Source: Verrucomicrobiales bacterium
GTDB taxonomy: Bacteria; Verrucomicrobiota; Verrucomicrobiia; Verrucomicrobiales; SLCJ01
Direction: 5' to 3'
DNA: 45,075 nucleotides
NCBI GenBank assembly: GCA_046075565.1
Contig: JBJTQJ010000081.1
Location: 1 to 45,075 of the forward strand
The notes beneath the pieces were generated by a model, which was given only the letters and a program-made list of their open reading frames with translations, did not search any database and was not told where the DNA came from. Shown here piece by piece: positions 7,705 to 15,250 of this stretch. Position 1 is the stretch's first letter. Each line of letters starts with the position of its first letter. A program made the position numbers and the translations under genes.

Positions 7705-9417
7705 GTGAACGACCGCTTCCTCGCGCTTCTTAGCTGCCTTGTCTTGATTGCCATCCAGGCAAGGGGCAACGACATCCTTGAGCAGTTGAGCCCCGAACGG
7801 CCCTCCAATCAGGAACCGCGACGCCAATCCTCGCCTTCTGGACAAAGTGGCAGCGAAGGTTCGGTGGAGGAAAATGCCCCTCTCCTTGAGTCATTGAAAG
7901 GGATCGTGATCGCCACGGAAAAAGAACTGGCATCTGCGGTCGGCGTGACCGCCAAGGTTGTGGTGGCAGGCCTGCGCCAATCGGCGGCCGGGCCGATGGC
8001 CCGCCTGGGCGAGCCGCGTATCGGGAGGCCTGCCACTTTACACGACTTGAAAACGCTGCAGGCGGCCATGGAGGAATGGCTCCATGCCCATGGCAGTCCT
8101 CTTTCGGATGTCTATTTGCCACCACAGGAAATCTCCTCTGGAATTGTCACCTATGCGGTCCGGGAGCGCCTCGTGGGACAAGTCACGATGAAGGGGACGC
8201 CGGCATTCGGTAAAGAATACATCCTGCGGGAATTTAGGCCCCGCCCGGGCCAGGAACTTAACTCCCGAAAGGTTCTTGAGGATCTCCAGTGGCTGAATCA
8301 AAATCCGTTCCGGCGCGTGGACCTGCTATACACCGACGGCGAAAAACCCGAACTCAGTAAACTACAACTCCAGGTCAACGAACAAACCCCATGGCGGGTT
8401 TACAGCGGCTACAACAACTACTCCAACGAACGCACGGGAGACCACCGGATTTTCGCCGGCTTCCAGTTGGGGAATCTTTGGAATGCGGAACACCAGCTAT
8501 ACTTTCAAGCCCTTTCCTCTCTCGATACCAGCGAACTGGGCGCTCTTTCTGCCAGCTACGTCGCGCCCCTTCCATGGCGCCATCTCCTCGAGGTCAGTGG
8601 TGTAACCAGCCGGAGCAGCATCAATCTGCCCAGTGAACTCGAACTCAGCGGCGATACCTGGCGTGTAGCCGCCAAATATCGTGTTCCCCTGCCTCCCGCG
8701 GCTCAGTTGCGCCATGAGTGGAATTTTGGTGCGGAATTCCAAGAAAACAGCTACGACGTCCAAGCCGATGACGGAAGATCGCGCGGCGGCGGAACCACGA
8801 TTTTCAATCTCCGGACCGGTTACGAACTCCATCACGGCGACCGCTTGGGAGCGACGGCGTTGGAGATCGATTTCACCTACAGCCCCGGCATATTTGGCGC
8901 GGATGACGCCGATTACGATATCGTGCGGAAGGGAGCACGGGCCGAGTATTGGCTGGTCGGGTTCGAGGCCGAAAGGCATTGGTGGCTGCCGCTTGATTCC
9001 TCGCTCTACATGAAGGCTGCCGGCCAATATGCCGATCAACCTCTTTTGGCAACAGAGCGCTATTCGCCCACCGGTGGTTACGAAGTTCGGGGCTATGATG
9101 AAAACGTCCTCCTCGCCGATAGCGCGCTGCGACTGACCATGGAATGGAGATCGCAAGGATTCCGCACGCCTCTCGGCAAGCTCTTCGAAACCGGCCGTGA
9201 CCGACTGCAATTCATCGGATTCTGGGACTACGCGATTCTGGACAACGACACCATCACCGCCCCTGGACCGCTGCAATCGGTCGGCTTCGGCCTGCGCTAT
9301 CAGGCAGGCCGGAACCTTACCGTAAAGGCCGACCTCGGATTTCCACTCGAAGAGGTTGCGACCACAAGGGATGAAGAATCCGCCCGTTTGCATCTGTCAA
9401 TGATGGCGAGCTTCTGA
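7705..9417 (+). CDS. ShlB/FhaC/HecB family (TpsB, Omp85 superfamily) outer-membrane transporter
   Basis: Signal peptide, POTRA-like region (VYLPPQEISSGIV, LQWLNQNPFRRV), beta-strand barrel, loop-6 VRGY motif (GGYEVRGYDEN), SVGFGLRY, C-terminal Phe. Confidence 0.9.
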   Translation: MNDRFLALLSCLVLIAIQARGNDILEQLSPERPSNQEPRRQSSPSGQSGSEGSVEENAPLLESLKGIVIATEKELASAVGVTAKVVVAGLRQSAAGPMARLGEPRIGRPATLHDLKTLQAAMEEWLHAHGSPLSDVYLPPQEISSGIVTYAVRERLVGQVTMKGTPAFGKEYILREFRPRPGQELNSRKVLEDLQWLNQNPFRRVDLLYTDGEKPELSKLQLQVNEQTPWRVYSGYNNYSNERTGDHRIFAGFQLGNLWNAEHQLYFQALSSLDTSELGALSASYVAPLPWRHLLEVSGVTSRSSINLPSELELSGDTWRVAAKYRVPLPPAAQLRHEWNFGAEFQENSYDVQADDGRSRGGGTTIFNLRTGYELHHGDRLGATALEIDFTYSPGIFGADDADYDIVRKGARAEYWLVGFEAERHWWLPLDSSLYMKAAGQYADQPLLATERYSPTGGYEVRGYDENVLLADSALRLTMEWRSQGFRTPLGKLFETGRDRLQFIGFWDYAILDNDTITAPGPLQSVGFGLRYQAGRNLTVKADLGFPLEEVATTRDEESARLHLSMMASF

Positions 9418-9546
9418 ACGCCGATCTCCATTGCCGTCCTGCGGTCAGGCCCAGCGGCGGTGCAGGCCGTAGCCCACACGCGCGAGCAGGGATTCGCCCC
9501 AAGGCGCCATATTCAACACCAGAACGCATGGAAATTGGTTTTCTGG

Positions 9547-9763
9547 GCAAGACCGGGACGGTCTTGCTACAACTCTGTTGGATGCTCCAAGGCGAAATGC
9601 CCTTGAGCGGTTATGTCCATCGTAGCAAGAGCGTCTCGCTCTTGCTACGATGGGAAAGGGACGAATGCGATAGGGACGGACATCGAATTTCATGCTACGT
9701 GAACAGCATTGGGAATCGCCCCGACGGAGCCGGGGACATGTAGCGGAACGCCTTCGCGTTCCG
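9547..9763. repeat. Cluster of GTAG-type REP palindromes
   Basis: 9547-9570 (minus: GTAGCAAGACCG-TCC-CGGTCTTGC); 9617-9653 (perfect 17-bp stem CCATCGTAGCAAGAGCG-TCT-CGCTCTTGCTACGATGG); 9740-9763 (GTAG-CGGAACGC-CTTC-GCGTTCCG). Confidence 0.75.
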
Positions 9764-9951
9764 TGGGGTAAGACTTGGCAGCTCAGAGGAGGTGGGATGT
9801 CGCTCGCCCAGCATCGATTGCGAAGCAAGGGCCTCATCAAGCGATGCCGCTACGGCAAATGCATCGGGCCTCGGCCCACGAACAGAAAAGACCGCCCAAT
9901 TTCCTTCTTCGACTTTGCAGGCGGCGGATTTTCCGTATGGTTTCCGCCGCT

Positions 9952-11187
9952 ATGGCCACCCTGAACGAAAACTACCTCAAACTCAAAGCCGGATACCTTT
10001 TCCCCGAAATCGCCCGCCGGGTCAATGCCTTCGTCGAAGCTGAACCCGAAAAAACCAAGCGCCTGATCCGTTGCGGCATCGGTGATGTGACGGAAGCCCT
10101 GCCCGCCTCCGCCCGCGAGGCCATGAAGGCGGCCACCGACGAACTCGGCGAACGTTCGTCCTTCCGTGGATATGGGCCGGAACAAGGCTACGGCTTCCTC
10201 CGCGAGGCCATCGCCGAAGGATACTATCGTTCCCGCGGACTCGACATTGCCGACGACGAGATTTTCGTTTCCGATGGATCCAAATGTGACACCGGCAATA
10301 TCCTGGAAATCTTCGGAACCGGAAACCGCATCGCCATTACCGACCCGGTCTATCCCGTCTATGTCGATACGAACGTGATGATCGGCAATACCGGCCCGGC
10401 CCGTGAGGATGGATCCTACGAAGGTCTCGTCTATCTGCCCTGCACCGCCGCGAATGGATTCGTGCCCGCCATTCCGGAGGAAAAAGTCGATATCATTTAC
10501 CTTTGTTATCCCAACAACCCGACCGGTGCCGTCGCCACCCGCGCGCAACTCGAAGCCTGGGTCGCCTACGCGCTCGCCAACCAATCGATCCTGCTCTACG
10601 ACGCTGCTTACGAGGCTTTCATCCAGGACCCGGCGATCCCGCGTTCGATTTACGAGATCCCCGGTGCCCGTGAATGCGCCATCGAGTTCCGGTCCTTTTC
10701 GAAAAACGGCGGGTTCACCGGCGTGCGTTGCGCCCACACCGTGGTTCCGAAGTCCCTGCTCGCTTCCACCGCCGACGGTCGCCGCCTGCCCGTCCATCCG
10801 CTCTGGAACCGGCGGCATACCACCAAGTTCAATGGCGTCTCTTACCCGGTGCAGCGCGCCGCCGCCGCGCTGTTTTCACCGCAAGGCCGCGCCGAAGTGG
10901 AGGCCCTCATCACGCACTACATGGGCAATGCGAAACTCCTCGTCGAAGCCTGCCGCGCGGAAGGACTCCCGGTTTTTGGCGGAGAAAACGCGCCTTACGT
11001 CTGGGTCGGTTGCCCGTCCGGTCTCGGTTCTTGGGAAATGTTCGACAAGATGTTGAATGATCTCCAGGTGGTCATCACGCCCGGTGCAGGATTCGGAGCG
11101 GCCGGCGAAGGCTACTTCCGCGTTTCCGCTTTCAACAGCCGGGCCAATGTCGAGGAAGTCTGCCGCCGCCTCGCCACGGAGTTGTGA
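9952..11187 (+). CDS. dapL: LL-diaminopimelate aminotransferase
   Basis: [58 protein letters not shown] lysine motif [12 protein letters not shown]. Confidence 0.96.
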   Translation: MATLNENYLKLKAGYLFPEIARRVNAFVEAEPEKTKRLIRCGIGDVTEALPASAREAMKAATDELGERSSFRGYGPEQGYGFLREAIAEGYYRSRGLDIADDEIFVSDGSKCDTGNILEIFGTGNRIAITDPVYPVYVDTNVMIGNTGPAREDGSYEGLVYLPCTAANGFVPAIPEEKVDIIYLCYPNNPTGAVATRAQLEAWVAYALANQSILLYDAAYEAFIQDPAIPRSIYEIPGARECAIEFRSFSKNGGFTGVRCAHTVVPKSLLASTADGRRLPVHPLWNRRHTTKFNGVSYPVQRAAAALFSPQGRAEVEALITHYMGNAKLLVEACRAEGLPVFGGENAPYVWVGCPSGLGSWEMFDKMLNDLQVVITPGAGFGAAGEGYFRVSAFNSRANVEEVCRRLATEL

Positions 11188-11293
11188 ACGAGGGCAGGCC
11201 GACGGGCTTTCCCTAACACGATTTTCAGAACGAGAAGCAGAACAGACAGGCGGACTTCAGTGGTTGTCCGGCCAGTGCGTCTCTACTCCCATC

Positions 11294-11485
11294 TTGGATC
11301 ATTTCAAGGGGAGCTTACACGATGCCGCGCTGGATAAATACTTGGCGGGCGATTTCCTGGGTGCGGAGACGGCTTTCAACGACGTCCCCGGCCCGCTCCC
11401 GGCTTACATGCGCCACCGTTGCGGGCAACTCCGGGCCGAACAAGGGAAATTCTGGCCCGGCTTTTTCCAGTGGGATGTGAAGTGA
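11294..11485 (+). pseudogene. Possible orphan C-terminal fragment of a class III adenylate/guanylate cyclase-type protein
   Basis: DAALDKYLAGDFLGAETAF...GPLPAYMRHRCGQLRAE...WPGFFQWDVK* resembles the ALxxYxxxxFxxA...P...xxRC...WxG...K tail of such cyclases; no catalytic domain and no convincing start. Confidence 0.4.
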
Positions 11486-11667
11486 CCGGAGACCTCGCGC
11501 ACGGTTGATGCACATCCTGCGCGCAAGGGAGTGTCAGAGCCGGAAGACGTTTGTCGTCCCCAATGCAGCGTTTGAAGCATCCCCCTCTAGAACTGGAAAG
11601 GTGGCAAGAGCACAACCATAGGGGAGGCTCTCTCTCAGTCTTGCGTGAGCGGAGGCGTAGCGAAGGG

Positions 11668-11817
11668 TCATTTTCCCGGTTTGGATGGGCAGGCGCAGGA
11701 ACCACCGCAGCCGCGGGAGGCGGAGCGACGGTTTTTCGCCCAGCGCAGCGCGAAGGCGGCGATGGTGGCCGCGACGAGGGCGATGGCGAGGAATTCCTGG
11801 GCGGAGGGGTCCAACAC
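11668..11817 (-). CDS. 49-aa FeoB-associated-type Cys-rich membrane peptide (not in ORF track)
   Basis: Hand translation: MLDPSAQEFLAIALVAATIAAFALRWAKNRRSASRGCGGSCACPSKPGK*; one TM helix, basic stretch, GCGGSCAC tail. Confidence 0.7.
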   Translation of the reverse strand: MLDPSAQEFLAIALVAATIAAFALRWAKNRRSASRGCGGSCACPSKPGK

Positions 11818-11985
11818 CCGACCACTTTAGCACGGAATTCCCGGCGTCGCGAGCGCGATCGACTTTGTCCGGAAATCAGCCGGGAAGCGGGCAGGGGTCT
11901 GCAACTTTCGGTTGCGCCAAGCGCTCTCGGCTTTCATTGTGAGAAAGGGCAAACCCCATCCGAATCCGCACCCCCCTTTTCTGAT

Positions 11986-12447
11986 ATGTTCAAATCCATC
12001 ATTCTTCCGGTCGGTAGTTCCGATATCGACGGTCCAGACTTCATCGTGATTCCGTGGAATGGCTCGACTCCTGATCTTTTCCGGAAGCGGGTGCAGGCAT
12101 GCGTGCGACTCTTCAAGGCCGACGACCAACTCACCTGCATCCGCTTTTTGGCGAAGGATGCTCTTGGTTTCTTCACTCCCGCCGAGGATGGGAAATGGCT
12201 GGAAAAACTCGACACCATGCATGTCGAGAACACGCTGATGGCCACCCGCGAAACACCATCTTTCTTCCTGAAGCGTTGGAAAGCCTTCAAGATCCCGATG
12301 CCCGACCCGCCCCGGTTTTCGGTCTATCCCGATGGGGCGACTTTTCTTTCCGGTCCGATTGGCCTGAGTTCCACGCGCTGGGAAACAAGCTGCGGGATTC
12401 GTCTGGGCAAAAATGGCCAACCGGAATCAGTCCCCAAGGCTGGTTGA
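11986..12447 (+). CDS. Hypothetical protein (153 aa)
   Basis: From ATG 11986 the translation is protein-like (MFKSIILPVGSSDIDGPDFIVIPW...), ending 15 nt before the next gene; the upstream part of the listed ORF overlaps the small minus-strand gene. Confidence 0.6.
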   Translation: MFKSIILPVGSSDIDGPDFIVIPWNGSTPDLFRKRVQACVRLFKADDQLTCIRFLAKDALGFFTPAEDGKWLEKLDTMHVENTLMATRETPSFFLKRWKAFKIPMPDPPRFSVYPDGATFLSGPIGLSSTRWETSCGIRLGKNGQPESVPKAG

Positions 12448-12462
12448 AGAAATCCGCGCGCC

Positions 12463-14718
12463 ATGACCGACACCCCGCGTTTTTCCGGTGCCAAGGTCGC
12501 GGCTTGGCTGGGTGGTGCAGGATTCGTTCTGGTGGTGTTGGTGGCCGGGGCTTGTGGAGAAAAGCCCGCGCCCGCACCAGCCCCGCGTCCCCAGTTCGAA
12601 GGGACTTCCGCGCATCCGGATCATGCCCTTGTGCCGCAGAGTCGCCAGTGTGCGGTATGCCATGAGGACATATTCCAGACGTGGTCGGCCTCGCATCACG
12701 CGTGGGCAAATCGCACACTTCAGCCCCATCTGGATTCCGCGCCATTCCTTGTGGGCAAAGTCGAGCAGGGAAAGAATACCCAATGGGATTTCAAGGGTGG
12801 AGGAAAACCCGAAGTCGTCTGGAAGGATGGGGATCAGGAAATCCGGGGCAATCCATCCGTGCTGATTGGTTACACCCCGCTGATACAGTATCTCGTATCA
12901 ATTGGCAACGGTCGGCTCCAAGCCCCCGACATGGCGTGGGACGTGAATAAAAAGGAATGGTTTTCCATTTACGGGAACGAGGACCGGCGACCGGAAGAAT
13001 GGGGGCATTGGACACAACGCGGCATGAACTGGAATTCACAATGTGCGTGGTGCCACATGACCGGGTTCCACAAGAACCATGAGATCGCGACGGATTCCTA
13101 CAAGTCGAGTTGGGTCGAGCAGGGAGTTGGTTGTGCGCAGTGCCACGGTCCGGTGAAACAAGGTTCATCTTCGCCGGATTGTATGATCGAGACAGCGAGG
13201 GTCTTGACTGCGCGCCAGCACATGGATAATTGCGCCACTTGCCACGCGCGCCGCGAGGAATTCGACGAGAATTTCCAACCCGGAGAGGACTTCCACAACC
13301 ATTACCGTCTCGCCTTGCCCGATCAGCCAGGCCTCTACTGGCCGGATGGTCGCCAGCGTGATGAGGTTTACAATTTCACCTCGTTGTTGCTCAGCAAAAT
13401 GGGCCACGCCGGGGTCACCTGTATGGATTGTCACGAGCCCCATCAAGCCAAGCCGAAGCTGCCAGTGGACGACAACAGCATTTGCATGCAGTGCCACGCG
13501 ACCGGAACCGAACGCGGCGGCAAGAAGGCGCAGGTGATCAATCCGATCGAGCACATGTTCCACCAGCCCGGCACACCCGGCGGGCGTTGTGTGGATTGCC
13601 ACATGCCCGCGACGCCATATATGGCGCGGGATCCAAGGCACGATCATTCATTCGCGATCCCGGATCCGCTGTTGAGCAAAGAACTCGGACAGCCGAACGC
13701 CTGCAATGAATGCCATGGTGACAAGGACAACGACTGGGCCATCGCGTGGACAAATAAATGGTATGGCGAAAAGATGAATCGCCCCGAGCGCGACCGCTCG
13801 CGGGCCATCCACCTTGCTCACCAAGCCAACGATGGCGCGAGAGAGGCTTTGTTGAAATCCTATGACCGTGAAACCATCGGGGCATGGAAAGCCACGCTGT
13901 TGCGACTTCTTTCGCCATGGGCCGGCGAGGATGCGGTGAACTCGCGGGCGGCGACGGCCACGAAGGATCCGGACCCGTTGGTTCGCGCCGCTGCCGCCTA
14001 CGTGCTCGGTCCGCAGCGCTCGTTTGCCGATACGGTGGCTCCACTTTTGAATGACCCGATCCGTGCCGTTCGATTCGAAGCGGTGTGGGCGATGCTCGAC
14101 CACCTCGAGGGGCAGCCGCCCGCGCTGGCGGAAGCCGAGGCCATCGCACGTCACCAATCGGATCAACCGGGTGGGGCAGCCCGCATGGCGCGGCTTTCGA
14201 TCCGCCGTGGTGACCCCGCAGGAGCCGAACCATGGTTCCGCCGCGTGTTGGCCTGGGATCAAACCGCTGCCGCTCCGAAACGCGATTTCGCCGTTTATCT
14301 GGCCGGGCAAGGCCGGGTGGCCGAAAGCCGCAAATTGTTGGTCGAGGCCGACAAACTCGAGCCTTCCAATCCGGAATACCCGTATTTGTTAGCCCTCGCC
14401 GATGCCGAAGAAGGCAAGAGCGAAGACGCCGAGAAAAACCTTCGCGAAGCGATCCGTCGTGAACCACGCTTTGCGCGTGCACATTACAATCTCGGTTTGT
14501 TGCTTTCCGCCCGTGGTGATGACGCCGGTGCGATTGCGGCGTTGCGGGAAGCGGAAAAGCAGGATGGCACGGGAGCGGATGCTCCCTACGCCCGTGCGAC
14601 CATCCATGCCCGCCTCGGCCAGAATGCCGAGGCCATCGCTGCCGCTCGGGAGGCGCTCAAGCGTCGGCCCGACTATCAACCCGCCGCCGGGCTACTGCGC
14701 GCCCTCGGAGTTCCCTGA
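12463..14718 (+). CDS. Octaheme c-type cytochrome lipoprotein with HEAT-like and TPR repeats
   Basis: Lipobox-like LVAGAC; 8 CxxCH (CAVCH, CAWCH, CAQCH, CATCH, CMDCH, CMQCH, CVDCH, CNECH); DPDPLVRAAAA and DPIRAVRFEA HEAT-like; TPR-like C-terminus (AHYNLGLLL). Confidence 0.92.
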   Translation: MTDTPRFSGAKVAAWLGGAGFVLVVLVAGACGEKPAPAPAPRPQFEGTSAHPDHALVPQSRQCAVCHEDIFQTWSASHHAWANRTLQPHLDSAPFLVGKVEQGKNTQWDFKGGGKPEVVWKDGDQEIRGNPSVLIGYTPLIQYLVSIGNGRLQAPDMAWDVNKKEWFSIYGNEDRRPEEWGHWTQRGMNWNSQCAWCHMTGFHKNHEIATDSYKSSWVEQGVGCAQCHGPVKQGSSSPDCMIETARVLTARQHMDNCATCHARREEFDENFQPGEDFHNHYRLALPDQPGLYWPDGRQRDEVYNFTSLLLSKMGHAGVTCMDCHEPHQAKPKLPVDDNSICMQCHATGTERGGKKAQVINPIEHMFHQPGTPGGRCVDCHMPATPYMARDPRHDHSFAIPDPLLSKELGQPNACNECHGDKDNDWAIAWTNKWYGEKMNRPERDRSRAIHLAHQANDGAREALLKSYDRETIGAWKATLLRLLSPWAGEDAVNSRAATATKDPDPLVRAAAAYVLGPQRSFADTVAPLLNDPIRAVRFEAVWAMLDHLEGQPPALAEAEAIARHQSDQPGGAARMARLSIRRGDPAGAEPWFRRVLAWDQTAAAPKRDFAVYLAGQGRVAESRKLLVEADKLEPSNPEYPYLLALADAEEGKSEDAEKNLREAIRREPRFARAHYNLGLLLSARGDDAGAIAALREAEKQDGTGADAPYARATIHARLGQNAEAIAAAREALKRRPDYQPAAGLLRALGVP

Positions 14719-14725
14719 CCGAATT

Positions 14726-15190
14726 ATGATAACTCGTTTGCTGGCTCTACTGTGCGTTTTTTCCGTCGCCGCCTGTGGTCCGGTGTATCGCGGTTACCAG
14801 GCCAAGCCCTACACCGTGCGCGGCATCCGCTATTATCCTATGCAGCCACGGGACGCGGTCGGCTTCCGCGAACGCGGGATTGCCTCTTGGTATAATGAGC
14901 ACAAGTTCCTCTGGTTCGGTGGCACAACTTCTCTCGGAGAAGGATTCAAGGCCCGGGCTCTCGCCGGTGCCCACAAGACCTTGCCGCTGCCCTGTCGCGT
15001 GCGGGTCCGTAACCTGCAGAACGGCAAATCGGTGGTCGTGCGCCTGAACGACCGCGGGCCCTTCATCGCCGGGCGAAACATCGATCTGACGCCGGCGGCG
15101 GCGCGACGCCTTGGTTTCGAGGGGCGGGGGCTGGCGCCGGTGGAAATCGAGGTGCTGAGTGTCGGCGACTCGAGGTGGCGGATACGGTGA
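14726..15190 (+). CDS. rlpA: RlpA-family lytic transglycosylase lipoprotein (DPBB domain, no SPOR domain)
   Basis: Lipobox VAAC; KPYTVRGIRYYP, GIASWY, AHKTLPLP, VRVRNLQNGKSVVVRLNDRGPF, IDLT. Confidence 0.92.
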   Translation: MITRLLALLCVFSVAACGPVYRGYQAKPYTVRGIRYYPMQPRDAVGFRERGIASWYNEHKFLWFGGTTSLGEGFKARALAGAHKTLPLPCRVRVRNLQNGKSVVVRLNDRGPFIAGRNIDLTPAAARRLGFEGRGLAPVEIEVLSVGDSRWRIR

Positions 15191-15250
15191 GAAAATCCGG
15201 GCTAGGAATTCCCGGAATCCGGGCTAGATTCCATTCCCCTCCGATTCCCC

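Noticed and set aside
9775..9951. 59-aa N-terminal extension of DapL
   Set aside because: DapL homology begins at [11 protein letters not shown] (ATG 9952); the upstream DNA adjoins the REP-containing intergenic region.
11945..11980. AAGGGCAAACCC as the start of a c-di-GMP-I riboswitch
   Set aside because: The following GAAA tetraloop stem and GACGCAAAGC segment are absent.
11551..11985. N-terminal half of the 298-aa ORF
   Set aside because: Low-complexity translation antisense to the 49-aa Cys-rich gene; a plausible start is ATG 11986.
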